This document shows positions 26,216 to 40,499 of a stretch of DNA of 64,000 nucleotides, one piece after another; positions within the stretch are counted from its first letter, which is position 1; each line of letters begins with the position of its first letter. The DNA comes from Eledone cirrhosa. Its lineage: Eukaryota. A program made the position numbers and the translations under genes. Location of the stretch: contig OZ024747.1 in assembly GCA_964016885.1 (NCBI GenBank), positions 63,798,001-63,862,000 of the forward strand, in the 5' to 3' direction. The notes beneath the pieces were generated by a model. That model made no database searches, had not been told where the DNA came from, and saw only the letters and a list, made by a program, of their open reading frames with translations.

Positions 26216-26789
26216 AAAAAGATGGATTGCCTTCACTGCAACTTTGCTGGGTCCACATGCACTCTATGTTTCCATGCCTACCTCATTAACATATATGTAG
26301 TGTCAGCATCATCATCATTATCATCATCATCATTTAATATTCATTTTACCTGTTTGCTAGCATATCATAATGTATAGTATCTCTTATATTAAATATTCAT
26401 CCATATAAAAGTGTGTTGCATTTACATACTTTATGAATTTGTGCATTAATGGCAACAAATTCTAGACACTAATGATGTATAAGCAGTAGAAGAGCAGCTG
26501 TTTAAAATATTTCATCTGATTTTTTTTTAGATTTTTCATTTATTTTACTAAAAGGTTCATTAACTTTTAGTCATGCTGGTTTGGAAATTATTATATTCTG
26601 ATAACACAGCATCTATCAAGATTAATTAAGCATCTCTTAGTTGGTATTGTATTTTTTCTTCTTGTTTTTCTACTTATCTTTGGAAAGACTTTGCAGTAAA
26701 TCTCTGGACTAACTCGATAACAGAATACAGAATATAGCCAGTATTTTTTAAAACTTAAATAAAATTAACGATGTAAATATAATTGCTTT

Positions 26790-27545
26790 CAAAAGCATCA
26801 TATCTCAAGAAGACCTGGGCATTACTGTCAGCACATCTCTAAAATTGTCTAGAAGGCTAAGGGTGTCTTGGCATCACTCAGCAAGACCTTTGTCAGCCGT
26901 TCTCCAGCTATCTATTTAAAGCTGTATATATATATGGTGCGGCCACACTTAGAATTTGCATCACCAGTCTTGTATCCCTCTCTTGATCAGAACATTGACC
27001 TCCTGGAAACTGTTCAGAGACGTGCAACCAATAGAATACCCTCCATCAGGCATCTACCATACTCTGAATGCCTTGCTTCCCTGGACATGGATACATTGAA
27101 GCTCCGATGTCTGGCAACTGACTTGGTAAACACCCACAAAATGATCAACCATCTTACCAACAACAACCCCGAGCACCTTTTTGAATTCCATGTGTCTAAC
27201 ATCTGTGGGGATGCCTAAAATGTCAGAAAACAGCACAACTTCCATGACTTTCGGAAACATTTTTTCATGCTCAGAGTTGCTGAAGCATGGAACAAACTAC
27301 CTGCATCAGTTGTTAGCTGTTGGGACACTGCATCCTTTAAAACTTCCATACTTCCCAAAGTTTGCCAACACAATACCTGATATTCCCCTGCCATACACAT
27401 GCATGCATGTATCCATGTGCATATTATGTCTCATACACTCTTCACTTTCCTGACATTTGTACATTATTCTATGTACTATACATGCACCTTTGATGAGTTA
27501 TAGTGCACCTGAGCACTGTACACAATAATTTCATTAGTATTATAT
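26790..27545 (+). mobile_element. CR1-like LINE 3' region (post-RT domain and tail)
   Basis: EDLGITV...LKLY..MVRPHLEFASPV..P..QNIDLLETVQRRAT.RIP.IRHLPYSE.LA.L...LK.R.L..DL...HK, followed by the shared tail. Confidence 0.88.
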
Positions 27546-28251
27546 ATGTTATTTAATCTATCAGATTTTTAGAAATAAGAAAGTATTTAACCCTCTTAAT
27601 GCTGAACTGTCTGAAACTGTCCTTCGTTCTATGACACAAATTTTTTAATTTAACCCTTTATTTACCAATCTGGTCAAAACCGGCTCTTGTTTTATGAAAT
27701 ATAATCACCCATTTTAAATTAAAATTTTTCAACAAAAATTTATATCAAGACTTTACTATTAAACTCTTAGTAGTGAAATAATTAATAGTTTTAGTAAATC
27801 TTTCAAAATTCTTCATTAAAATAAATTGTATTTCATTAGAAATACAGTCATCGAAAGGATCAAAGTAATTATACTTATCTAGAAAACCTATATCATAGTT
27901 TTATAAGAAACTTGATTAATTTATTCCCCAAAGACCAGTTTAATAATGAGAAAATTAGTTATATTTCTAATCCTCCAAATATTTGGTTATTTTCAAAATC
28001 TTAGGTAGTGTATTTCAATATGATAATAAAAGGGTTAAATTCTGTCTTAACTATGAGACAGTTTTTAATTAATTTTTTAATGATGTAGGCCTGGACATGG
28101 TAAGAAATTTGATTTGCAGCAACATAGTTTTACATTCCATAGGTAGTACCGACATTTTGGGACCTACCAGTGTCTTGAGAGTTATTTTGGCAGACAAAAA
28201 AGTTGAAGAATGTTGGATGTGTGTGTGTGTGTGTGTATTTATGAATGAGAT

Positions 28252-28289
<38 letters not shown>

Positions 28290-28797
28290 AAGTGAGAGAC
28301 TGAGCATAAGAGTAATCAAATGCTGTGTGCAGGAGAAGAGGTTACGTTGGTATGGACATGTGATGCGTATGAAGGATGACAGCTGCATAAAAAGATGCAG
28401 AGCACTAGAAGTCGGTGAAGCTGTGGAGTGGGGAAACCCAAGAAGACCTGGAATGAGGTGATAAAAGTCAACCTTACCCAATTGTACTTCTCAAAGGCGA
28501 TGACACAGGACCGTGACCTCTGGCACCACACAACAATACAGAAGACCCAACTTCCCATGGGTACAAGCCGAAGCTGAAGCATATAGACAATATACTCCCA
28601 TCCTCTGCAAAAAAGCACCCAGTCTCACAGTAAATGTGGTTGGTGTTAGGAAGGGCATCCAGCTGTAAAAATCAAGCCAAAATCGGTTCCCATATGAGCA
28701 AGACATGGTCACCCGACCTGGCATTGACCACAACAGGACAACCTGTCTAACCCATGCTAGCATGGAAGAATGGATGTAAAATGGTGATGATGATGAT
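28290..28797 (+). mobile_element. RTE-like 3' coding fragment joined to a CORE-SINE-type 3' half
   Basis: CCVQEKRLRWYGHVMRMKDDSCIKRCRALEV...KKTWNEVIK, then ggaagggcatccagctgta...(gat)n; the noncoding part recurs at 49500-49815 (-). Confidence 0.7.
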
Positions 28798-28847
28798 ATA
28801 TATATATATAAAAGAAAATTTCACTCTACATGGCTGAATACAATAAA

Positions 28848-29200
28848 TGTAATCTGAGTTTTTCGAATATTAATAATTGTTTCTATTTTTGGCACAAGGC
28901 CAGCAATTATCCAGTGTATTACTGGTACTTTATTTTATTGACCCCATAAGGATGAAAGGCAAAGTTAACCTCAGCGGGATTTGAACTCAGAATGGCAAGG
29001 GCCGTAACTCTATGCATCATTCGATCCATTTGCAATTATGCAAACAAACCTCAATTTTATAGCCATGTCAGTAAAATGCCAACATAAGAGCAAGAATGAA
29101 GGATTCATTCTACTGCCATGGCTATAAAATTGAGGCTTGTTTGCATAATTGCAAACAAATCGAATGTTATTATTGATATTTGAAAAACTCAGATTACATA
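28848..29200. repeat. Long inverted repeat interrupted by a Meta-type SINE (28872-28995, -)
   Basis: Outer arms tgtaatctgagtttttc / gaaaaactcagattaca; inner arms tttgcaattatgcaaacaaacctcaattttatagccatg / catggctataaaattgaggcttgtttgcataattgcaaa. Confidence 0.8.
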
Positions 29201-29222
29201 TATATATACACATATATATATG

Positions 29223-29271
<49 letters not shown>

Positions 29272-30123
29272 ATATATATATATGTGTGGATCAATGGATA
29301 TTAATGTGGGTGATGTTCATCTTGTACAACTGCAAAAAAATCCCCCAAACATAGTATTTCTGTGTGTGTATATGTATATATGTGTATGTGTGTGTATATG
29401 TGTATATGTATATATGTGTATGTGTGTGAGGGATGATACAGGTAAATCAAGTGAGATGTAAGTAAAAGAGGTATACAGGTAACTAGCTCTCTGTGAAGAT
29501 CATTGTTAATATTAGTGGAAAATACAGAATGAAGATTCAAGACGGTAATTAAGTCTTCATTTAATGTTTGTTGAGTGTGAGGTTAAACTGACATAAATTG
29601 CACCACGTTTTGGAAGCTACGACGTGGTGGTGGGGTGACATCACTCGTGTCTAAGTCGAAATCATGAAATTAAGTTGCAAACAAGTTGAAAAATTCTGCA
29701 TCTTAGTTTTTTGGTTTTTTTTAATGGCAGACGTATTTCACCATGTTTTTAGTCATAAAATATGCATGTTAAACTTTTCATTGACAATGTTCACGGTTGC
29801 TCAAATTGAAACCTCCTGTGAACTACATATTCTTAGGTAAGTCTTAGCGACATATGTCACCTTTACTTTAGGAAATATTATTAGACCAATCTCTGAGACA
29901 GATATTAAGTACTTCTCGAGTGAGGAACCAGAGAAGAAAAAAAAAAAAACTATTTTAGAGTCTTGAAAGCTATATTCATTCAAAACGCACAAATAATTTC
30001 GCCTTTAAATTTCTAACCAAACTATCAACTACCTACCTATAACTTTATTTTTATTATTACACCCATCTCACAGGCGGGTTAAAAAATAAAAATGTACTAT
30101 AAGGTACAGAAAGGGTTAAGTAA

Positions 30124-30430
30124 TCATACTGATAGCCTCCCCACAGCCCCGGCGGACAGAATGGAGAAGGCGTTTCCCCAGAGGATGGTAAGGGAGACGT
30201 GCTGGAAGAGCCATTCCAACTTGTGAGGCTCACACCTGCAGCTGGCCAGCTCAGCGCCTATGGTGGTGAGCAGGGAGGTAGCCCTAGGGCCGAGGATAAC
30301 ATAAGTCTCCACTGCCAAGGGTACAGCTGCAAACCTGTCGGAGAGCGACCAGTATTTGGAGAGTTTGGCCTTCTCAGTCCAACGTCCAGCAGAACCTGGG
30401 TTAGTCGCAGACTGCACCAGGTTGCAGCAA
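30124..30430 (-). mobile_element. CRE-like non-LTR retrotransposon C-terminal (RLE) fragment
   Basis: GSAGRWTEKAKLSKY.SL..RF..VPLAVETY..LGPRA..LL..IG......LFQHVSLTILWGNA.SIL resembles the E..K..KY / P.AVET.G..G / QR.S...QRGNA motifs. Confidence 0.75.
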
Positions 30431-31109
30431 AGACTGAAGTGTATGGCAGACTCATTAACACATTGGGTAACTGTTACGGCTCACTGTCATCTGAGTTCAA
30501 ATCCTGCTTAGGTGTACTTTAACATTCAAGTTCAATAAAGGAGGTATTAACACTGTGCTAGTATAGTCCTCTCTCCTGCCATCTGTCATATCTTGGATAT
30601 TCTGCTAAGCTGGATTAAGGGAGGTAAGGACAGGGAGAGAGTGTCTACATCTCTTTCTCTTTGTGACTACATGGACACTAAAAGCTATTAACTAAAGCAT
30701 GGTACTTACTATCTAATCATAGTTGATTGCATGTGAGGGGTGTGGTATTGATTTGTAGTTTCTGTGCCAATCATTCTTTTGGAGCCAATATCAGATGTTT
30801 GAAGATGTATTGACAGTAGTAGCACTGTCCCAGATGTAGGAGCAAAATACCACTACCCACCAAAAAGAAAAATCAACAAATATTCTCATCTATAAATTTG
30901 CTTTCTTCACAATATTTAAGATCAATTTCCCCACCTCCCAATATAGTTCCATAACTAAGATAATTATATTTGTTATTGGAAATATTGATTTATCACAGCT
31001 GGGTGGGGGACCTCCCACCTTACTGCTAAACACTCAACTGTAATTTTAGTTGTTTTTGTAGTTCTTTGAACTATTACTACTACTACTATTATTATTATTA
31101 TTAATGTAA

Positions 31110-32070
31110 AGGGCGGTGGATTGGCAGTATCGGTAGAGGGTCAGACGCAATGCTTTGCAGCAAAGAGTTACGGCCCTTTATGGTCTGAGTTCAAATCCCC
31201 CCCGAGGATAACTTTGCCTTTCATCCTTACTGGGTCGATAAAATAAAGTACCAGTTATACACTGATATAATTGCTAGCCTTGTGCCAAAAGTAGAAACAC
31301 TTGTTATTAATGTAAAGGGACATAAATCTATGCCATGAAGCATGGTGTCTGACACTTTAACAATTATTATTATCATTATCAGAGGGTGATTAATTGGCAG
31401 AATTGGTAAAATATCAGACACCATGCTTCGCGGCATAGAGTTATGTCCCTTTACATTCTGATTTCAAATCCCACCAAGGTTAGCTTTGCCTTTCATAGTT
31501 GATTTAATCGTCTTTCCCTTCCCTTCCCTTCCCTTCATATTGCTGGCCTTGAGCCAAACATAAAAAGAACTATTATTACTATTATTGAATGACTTTGCCT
31601 TTCATCCTTACGGGGTCGATAAAATGCACTGGGTAATTGCTGGCCTTGTGCCTAAAAGTAGAGACAATTATTGAATTGGCAGAATTGGTAGAGTGTCAGA
31701 CAACCTGATTTTTTGGCTTATAGTCACATCACCTTACATTCTGAGTTGAAATCCCGTTGAGGTTTAGCTTTGCCTTTCACCCTTACGAGGGTCAATAAAA
31801 TAAGCACCAGTAATGCACTGGGGTCAATTTAATCAACTTTCCCCTCCTTCAAATTTATTGACATTGTGCCTAAATCAGAAATCATTATTAAGGGCAGTGG
31901 TTTGGCCATATCAGTAGTGCATTGGACAACATGATTTGCAGCATAGTTACATCCCTTTCATCCTTATGGGGTCGTTAAAATACAGTACCATTTGCACACT
32001 GGAGTCAATTTAATTGACTTTCCCCTCCTTTAAAATTATTAGTCCTGTGTCTAAATCAGGAACCATTATT
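31110..32070 (+). mobile_element. Cluster of about 5 Meta-type SINE copies and fragments
   Basis: Repeated heads, central domains and tails separated by (ATT)n. Confidence 0.85.
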
Positions 32071-33499
32071 GTTATTTGTTTTTCTACATATTTCACTTTT
32101 GTAGTCTCCGAAGGCTTGACCTTGAGGCCAATAAATGTAATTATTATCATTATTAATTTATTTCTATGCCATTAATGTTTCAGCCCCCTGGGGTTAATAA
32201 AGAAATCCTTCTTCTTCTTCAAAGTCTTTCTAAGCGACTGAGTGAGATGTGGAGGTATCAACACAATGCCATGGCTGTTTATATATTCCTGAATTCCTGA
32301 CATAATAACCCTAAGTTCAGTAGATCAGCCCTTTAACTGTCACAACATTTGTGCCTTAATGTTTTTTTTTATTGAGAGATTAATTATTTCCAAGTGATTA
32401 AACCAAAATTGTGAAATTAATTTTCATGAACATATAAACAATAAAAAATATATTCAACTCTATAGCTGGATTAGAAACATGTTGTTTTTGTTGTCTCAGA
32501 TCGAACTGGATGAAACTGACCTATGACCAGAGAATATTCTAGTTGTGAATATTCCGATGTCTTAAATTTGTTTTTTATATAGTATCTCTAACCATTTTGA
32601 ACCTAGATATCTATCCAAAACCTTGGAACTCTTCACCCATAGATTACCCTTGGATTACCCATGGATTAAGCAGCCTTCAGATTGCTGGACCATTATTCAA
32701 TATGTTCTAGCATTTTTAAGAAAGACTGGGGGTGTAAGTAGGTGGAGAGATTGTGATGGGCTGCATGAAAATGGGCTGCATGCAACTTGCGGGCCGGAGT
32801 TTGCCGATGACTGGTGTACTGGTTCCTGCATTGTTTTGTATGTTGTTATTGTGTATACCTATTATTATTATTGTTGTTATTATTATTATTATTATTATTG
32901 GTGGATTGGCAAAAGTAGAAACAATTATTATTATTATTTCATGCTTTGGGTCTTGCTTAGTGTTTGTATGAGCTGACTCCAAGTCTCCCCCAGAAACGTC
33001 AAGAGACAAAGTTATAAGTTCAAGCAGTCATAATGACTAATATGTCTAATAACTGCCATGTTTTGGGGGTAGAATATAGTTTGGTTTTAGGGACTTGTGT
33101 CTTAATTGAGGTCCTTGGATTTGTAATAGACATTATGACTAGTATGTTTGATACCTGTCATATTTAGGGGGAAGATTGTAGTTTGGCTTTAGGGATCTGT
33201 GTTTTGATTGAGGGCCTTTGATTTGTAAGAAGTATTGTTGTAGAAAATATCTGTCAAAATATAAGAAAATTCTAAATGTCTTTAAAAGTAATTGTTTAGT
33301 GCTACAATAATAGTATGACAATAAAATAATGATAAAAGCTATTTGCTATTAAGTACTTTGATAATATGTAAAATAAAGATTGTTTTGGGAGTTATAGAGA
33401 CAGTATTGTTTGTATATGAGCACTCCCATTGAGTACTATTTTCTGAATGTCTTCCATTTTGGGATTTCCTGAGATTTGAAATTTGTATTATTATCATTA

Positions 33500-34722
33500 T
33501 GTGGAAGGTTGGCTGTATCAATAAAGCATCGGACAACATGCTTTGTGGCATAGAGTTACAGCCTTTTACATTTTGATTTCAAATCCCACCAAAGTTAGCT
33601 TTGCTTTTCATCTTTACGGGGTCGATAAAATAAAGTATCAGTAATGCACTGGGGTTGATTTAATTGACTTTCCTCTGTCCCAAATTTGTTGGCCTTGTCC
33701 CTCTATTGGAAACCCTTATTTAGGAGGATTGGCAGAATCGTTAGAGCATTAGAGAAATGCTTTGCAATATTTGTTGCTGTTTGAAGGGCAGTGGATTAGC
33801 AATATTGGTAGAGCATGAGATAACATAGAGTTATGCCCCTTTACGATCTGAGTTCAAATGCCACCAATAATAATGAAATAATAATGAAATTATTGTGTAA
33901 AGTGCTCAGGTGCACTACAACTCATCAAAGGTGTATGTATAGTAGATAGAATAATATACAAACGTCAGGGAAGTGAATAGTGTATGAGTCATGATATACA
34001 TATGTGTATGTGTATGGAGGGGAACATTAGCTGTAGTGTTGGCGAATCTCGGGAAACATTGAGGTTTTAAAGGATGCAGTGTCTCGACAGCTAACAACTG
34101 ATGCAGGTAGTTTTTTCCATGGAGGTTTTAAAGGATGCAGTGTCTCGACAGCTAACAACTGATGCAGGCAGTTTGTTCCATGCTTCAGCAACTCTGAGCG
34201 TCAAAAAATGTTTCCGAAAGTCATGGGAACTGTGCTGTTTTCTGACTTTGTGGGCATGCCCACGTGTGTTAGGCACATGGAGATCAAAAAGGTACTCAGG
34301 GTTGTTGTTGGCGAGATGGTTAACAATTTTGTGGGTGTTTACCAAGTCAGTTGCCAGGCGTCAGAGCATCAATGCATCCATGCCCAGGGAAGCAAGGCGT
34401 TCAGAGTATGGTAGATGCCTGATGGAGGGTATTCGCAATGTTAGCTTTGCCTTTCATCCTTATAGGGTCTATAAAATAAAGTACCAGTAACACACTGGCG
34501 TTGATTCAGTTGAATTTCCCTTCCCCAAAAATTGTTGGCCTTCTGCCTAAATAAAAAACTAATATTTATTGCAACTCTTTACATTCTGAATTCAGATCCA
34601 ACTAAGGTCAACTTTGCCTTGCATCCTTACAGGATGAAATACCAGTAACACACTGGGGTCGATTTAATCAACTTCCCTCTTCCCTTAAAATTGCTGGCCT
34701 TGTATCAAATGTAGAAACAATT
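33500..34722. mobile_element. Meta-type SINE cluster (+) interrupted by a CR1-like LINE fragment (33870-34435, -) with an internal duplication of about 60 bp
   Basis: SINE head at 33785-33865 resumes at 34440 (ttagctttgcctttcatcc) after the LINE; gaggttttaaaggatgcagtgtctcgacagctaacaactgatgcagg occurs twice. Confidence 0.8.
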
Positions 34723-34739
34723 ACTAATTACTATTATTG

Positions 34740-35099
34740 TTATTATTATTGCCTTCTATATATGTGTGTGTACGTGTGTGTTATTGCCTTCTATATATGT
34801 GTATGTGTGTGTGTTGCCTTCTATATCTATATATATATATATGTGTGTGTGTGTTATTGCCTTCTATATATGTGTGTGTGCGTGTGTGTTATTGTCTTCT
34901 ATATATGTGTATGTGTGTGTGTTGCCTTCTATATATATATATGTGTGTGTTATTGCCTTCTATATGTGTGTGTGTCATTGTCTTCTATATATGTGTATGT
35001 GTGTGTGTTGCCTTCTATATATATATATATATATGTGTGTGTCATTGTCTTCTATATATGTGTATGTGTGTGTGTTGCCTTCTATATATATATATATAC

Positions 35100-35178
<79 letters not shown>

Positions 35179-35192
35179 TGTGTGTGTGTGTG
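34740..35192. repeat. About 30-bp minisatellite (ttgccttctatatatgtgt..) grading into (TG)n
   Basis: Direct inspection. Confidence 0.9.
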
Positions 35193-35920
35193 TTCCATGT
35201 AAGCTACTTCAAACAATCACTTAAGATGTAAACAGCTGTAGTTCCTGACTACATTAAAATGTCAATCTCTTCAAAGGAATCAGTAAGCTGATAATGTCAC
35301 AAATGGTTCATAACCTCTCCCTTCCACCTTTGTCTCCCTCTCATTCTTCCTTTCACTCTTTCCCTTTCTTTCTCCCTCCCCTTCTTCCTCTCTTTTTTCC
35401 CTCTCTTTCTCTACCTCTCTCTACTCATCTTAATATTTGTAATAACAGGGTTCATAACCTCGCCCTTCCCCCTCTGTCTCCCTCTCTCTTCATCTACCTC
35501 TCGCTACCCTTTCCCGCTCTTTCTCTCTCTCTACACACACATTCACTCTTTCCTCTCTCTTTCTCTACCTCTCTCTACACATTCCCTCTTTTCCCTCTCT
35601 TTCTCTACCTCTCTCTACCCATCTTATTTGTAATAACATGGTTCATAACCCCCTCCCAATCCCTTTTATTTCCTCACCACATCTCTCCCTCACCATCTTT
35701 CGTTTTCTACCACTCTTCCTCTCTCTTCATCTCTCTCTCTCTCTCTCTGTGCATCTCTATCTCTCTCATTATTTGTAATTACCTCTCTCATTCTCGCCCT
35801 GTCTTACTCTCTCTATATATAACTAATAATCCACTCTCTATCTATCTATCTATCTATCTCTCTCTCCCTCTCTCTTTCATCATTTAGTAACCTGGTTCAT
35901 AACCTTTCCTCTTTTCATGA

Positions 35921-35960
<40 letters not shown>

Positions 35961-37427
35961 AGATATGAAACAATATGGTTCATAACCTCCCTGTCTCTTC
36001 TAGTCACATCACACTCTCTCTTCCTCTCTTCTAATCACATCACTCTCTTCTTCTTTCCCTCTCTCCCTCTCTTCTCATTACATCACATTCTCTCCCCCTG
36101 TCTTCTATTCACATCATATTCTCTCTTCTCCTTTCCCTCTCTCTCTCTCTATATATATATATCCTTCTCTTCTTATCACATTACACTCTCTCTTCTTATT
36201 TCCCTTTCTCTCTCCCCCTCGCTTTCTTCCTCTCTTCCCCTCTATTTCCCTCTCACTATATCTCTCCTCCTCCCCACCATCTCATTATATGTAGCAACAT
36301 CCTCTGATCTTTCATTTTCTCCTTCATCTGTTGCCAAGGAACTGAAGAACAAAGAGGGGAGAGAGGGACGGGGTAAAATATAAAATTGAAAAAAAAATAC
36401 AATAAAATAAAACAAAACAAATAACCAGGTGGAAACAAGACCTGAAGAACACAAGAACTGCTAAATTGAAACATTCTAGTTTAATTATTTCTCACCTGTT
36501 GGTGTTGTTATCATGAAAAAGATATTCTATATTAAAAGAAATCAATAAAAATATATCAAATAAGAGTTTAGCACTGTGGAATACTTTGTTGCAGAAAAGT
36601 TCCTCTGAGAATGCTAAATTAACATTATTATATGGAACCTTGGCAAGAATTCTTTCCGTTCCTTCTGTCTCATTCCAATGTCCATTTATGAGGGGATAAA
36701 AAAAATTGGTTGGATCTTAACATCACCATCATCGTCATTGTATGGAAATTTCATATAGTTTTAGAAATGTTATTTATTGCTTTATCATAGGTAACTTATT
36801 GCTATCAAAAACTTTGATCCTCCATTCCATAGTTCCGTTCTTACTCATATATTTCCTGCTGGCTACCAAATATTATTCAGCTGATGGCAACAGACTATGT
36901 TAGATTTTTCATTGATCTGATGTTTATTGTTGTGGTTTATAGCCCTATGTTAGCCATGATTGAATGTACCTACAATCAATTGCATTCTTGAGAGAATGGG
37001 TAAAAAGTTTGCTTTGCAGCCATGAAATCCTTGATTTGGTCCTCTACTGAGAAGCATCAGGCATGAGTCCTACTATAGCCTTGGGTCAACATAAATTTTG
37101 TGAGGGAAATTTGGTAAATGGAAACTGTTTGGAAGTCTCTAATTGTAAGTCAGCCATATTATACATTGTGTCACATTGAATCTCCCTGAGAAATATGCTA
37201 TGGCTGTGAAATATCTGTGAAATGTCTGTGAAATACCCAGCCACTTATGGCTTAATTTGATGAGTTTGACAATAAGTTAATCAAACAACTGAATGCTCAT
37301 TATTGAAACTAATGAATCAGAACTTCTGCTGTGTGGGAGAAAATATGTAATATTTTGCTTCAAATTAATCAATAGATGCTCTACATACTCATGTAAAAGT
37401 CATACCAGGAGATAAGCTATTTTCCCA

Positions 37428-38025
37428 CCCAGTGTTTCATGCATTTACAGCTCATTTCGTCACTTATATATGATATTTTCTATATCCAGTAGGTAATTCA
37501 CACCTCAATTTTGCATACAAAATTCACAGCTCATCTCTTGACTTATGTTTAACATTTTTATATCCAGAATATAATACATATCTCAGTGTTGCATACAACA
37601 TTCATAGCTCATCTCTTGACTTATGTTTAACATTTTTATATCCAGAATATAACACATATCTCAGTTTTGCCTACAACATTCTTAGCTTAGGCAGTGATGT
37701 GTTTGTTTTGCAAGGTTTTTGATATGAAATTGTATGTTGAAACAGATAGTTATATTTGATAAGTTTTGACAATACAGTATTAGATAGGACAACATGACCC
37801 TCCCTAAATAAAACAATTCTTATCTCATTTCTTCAATTATATATGGCATTTTGTATGTCCAGTAGATAATTCACACCTCAATTTTGCATACAATATTCAC
37901 AGCCCATTTCTCCACTTATATATGACATTTTTTCTATCCAGTAGATAATTCACATCTCAATTTTGCACACAACATTCACAGCTCATTTCTTGACTTACGT
38001 TTAACATATTGCATGTCCAGTAAAC
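37428..38025. repeat. About 75-bp degenerate tandem repeat in two blocks
   Basis: tatccagtagataattcacacctcaattttgcatacaa..ttcacagctcat..cttgacttat repeated about 6 times (37428-37690 and 37845-38025). Confidence 0.85.
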
Positions 38026-38081
38026 AAACTGTGACTTATACACAAGTATACACAGTCTATTATATGCATCATGCATTGATG

Positions 38082-38405
38082 AAGGCACATGACTTTGTGG
38101 TTAGAAAGTTGGGCTTGCAACTGAGAGGTTGTGAGTTCGATTCTTGGACCAGGTGATGTGTTGAGTTCTTGAGCACAACACATTATTTCCTGTTGTTTCA
38201 GTTTACTCAGCTGTAGAAATGAGTTGCAACATCACTGGTACCAAGCTGTATCGGCCATTGCCTTTCCCTTGGACAACATCAGTGGCATGGAGAGGAGAGA
38301 TTGGTATGCATGGATGACTGCTCGTCTTCGACAATCAAACCTTGCTCAAGGAGGCAAACTTTCTAGGTGCAAAAACCATGGTCAATAGTGACCAATGGGT
38401 GCTTT
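38082..38405 (+). mobile_element. CORE-type SINE with another distinct tail
   Basis: Head and core as 19541 up to cagctgtagaaatgag, then an unrelated 3' half. Confidence 0.75.
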
Positions 38406-39060
38406 TAATACATTGCTGTATAGATACAATTACCTAGAGATACTAGTAAGGACATATATGGAGAAAAACATCAGCTATGAGCCTGTAAATATGTTTAACA
38501 GCTTTGAATGAATTGTTTTTTTTGTTTGTTTGTTTTTGTTGTGGCTGTTTGTTTGCTTGGTTCATTTGTAGTGGTGTAGTTGGAGTTGTAAGATGAGTTG
38601 TTGAGTGGTTTGTTGGTTGAGTCCATAGTGAGTGAAGCTTGTCTTAATGAATCGAGAGAATAATTACTGTGAAGTCTTGCCATCATCATTATCATCACCA
38701 TCATCATTATCATCATCATCACCACCACCACCATCATCATCATCATCAGCAGCAGCAACATCACCACCAGCACCACTGTTTTATGTCTATTTTTCATATT
38801 TACATATGGTAGACATGTTGTCATGCTCTGAAGCCAGACAAGTTATATAACTTTGTCTCACTCATATTTTCCATTCTGGCATGGTTTCTACAGCTGAATG
38901 CCCTTCTTAATGCCAGCCAGCACCTATCAGAGAGGGAGGGGGAAGGTTCCAGCCAGTATTTTTTTCCGGGGCCCAAGAGCTAAGAAAGCCCCACAGCAAC
39001 CATGCAACATCCATTTTGAGAAAAATCTTTTCCTGCTTTGAACCACAAAAGGGTCTTGTA

Positions 39061-39606
39061 CCACCTTGCAAAATTTCTCTTGGAGGCCCTGATGCCAGCC
39101 ACTTTACAGTGTGTACCTGGTATGTTTTATCTTAGCACCCCCTCTACCACCTGCCAGAGTGGACTGGATGCTCTTTATCATAGTACCAGCATTACTAATT
39201 TACAGTGTTTTGCTGAGTGTATTTTATTATGACACCAGAACTACCACCTTTTGACACAAGGGCACATGTTGAGTGCACAGGCAGGCTAGGAAATCAATGA
39301 TAGGATTGGGGAGAGAGCAAGGGTCATGCTACATGTTATTTGTTGAGAGTGGGGTGGTGAGAGATAAAGTGGCCTTAAAGAGTGAGTTGTGTCTGGCTGG
39401 AACATTGTGAGTTGCACTTATCTTTCCATGCTGCCATGGTTGGATAAGGAAGTGGAAATTGATGGATGAGAGTCTGGTAGAGTTAGTATTGAGGCATAGG
39501 GATGGTCTTGCTTCCTTTTGTAAGTTTGTGTAATAAACACACTAAATACACACTGACTCTATACTATATATAGAGTCAACATAATCATTTTTTGGGGGGT
39601 CATAAA
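39061..39606 (+). repeat. About 545-bp segment duplicated in inverted orientation at 44886-45431
   Basis: Essentially identical reverse complement; the ORF track shows the same peptide at 39038 (+) and 45260 (-). Confidence 0.93.
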
Positions 39607-39732
39607 ACCAGCTTTCAGAGCATGGAAAGTCCCCTCTACAGAAAACAACATATTTTAACCAGTTAGTTGTTGGTAATTCATCAATAAATATCAATGGATC
39701 TATTTGCAAGAATTCACCATATTGCAATTTGT

Positions 39733-40179
39733 TTAACCCTATAGCATTTACATTACTCTATATTTACTATTATATTTTCACAGAAAAGACTTTATCTCAC
39801 ATAATAATCTCACATAATATCAAATCTATGAGATTTTGATATAGTGGCAGTGTATTGGCAGTATCGGTAGAGGGTCGGACGCCATGCTTTGACGCATAGA
39901 GTTACGGCCCTTGCCATTCTGAGTTCAAATCCCGCCGGGATTAACTTTGCCTTTCATCCTTACGGGGTCGATAAAAGAAAGTACCAGTAATGCACTGGGT
40001 AATTGCTGGCTTTGTGCCCAAAGTAGAAACAATAATATCAAATCTCTGAGATTTTGATATTATTTATTTTGAGAACAATACCTTAACATAAATATGAGTG
40101 GCTAGTTATGGTCAGTTTGAACAGAAAGGGGTGAGAGAATTCTGGCTAGATACAGCTGGTTTAAATGCTAAAGGGTTAA
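39733..40179. mobile_element. piggyBac-like MITE with nested Meta-type SINE (39843-40033)
   Basis: TTAA|CCCTATAGCATTTA ... TAAATGCTAAAGGG|TTAA; the SINE is flanked by a direct repeat of about 28 bp. Confidence 0.85.
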
Positions 40180-40444
40180 CTTAGCATATGCTATTGTTTA
40201 ACAACTTTTTGTTTTTAATACTGTAATTTATTAACAATTCTTTTGCAGGTTACAGGGTTCTAATGGGCCTGCCACTGGTTTACTGCAACAAAAGAGACAA
40301 GGGAGTGTCTGCCATACACTGTTGAACAAATATCATAAAGGATTTCAATCATAAAACATTGTTGATTTTTTTTTCTTTACTTTTCCATCAATGTTTATAT
40401 TCTTTGTTGATATACATCAACTAAAAATTGACGAAGAGACACAC

Positions 40445-40499
<55 letters not shown>

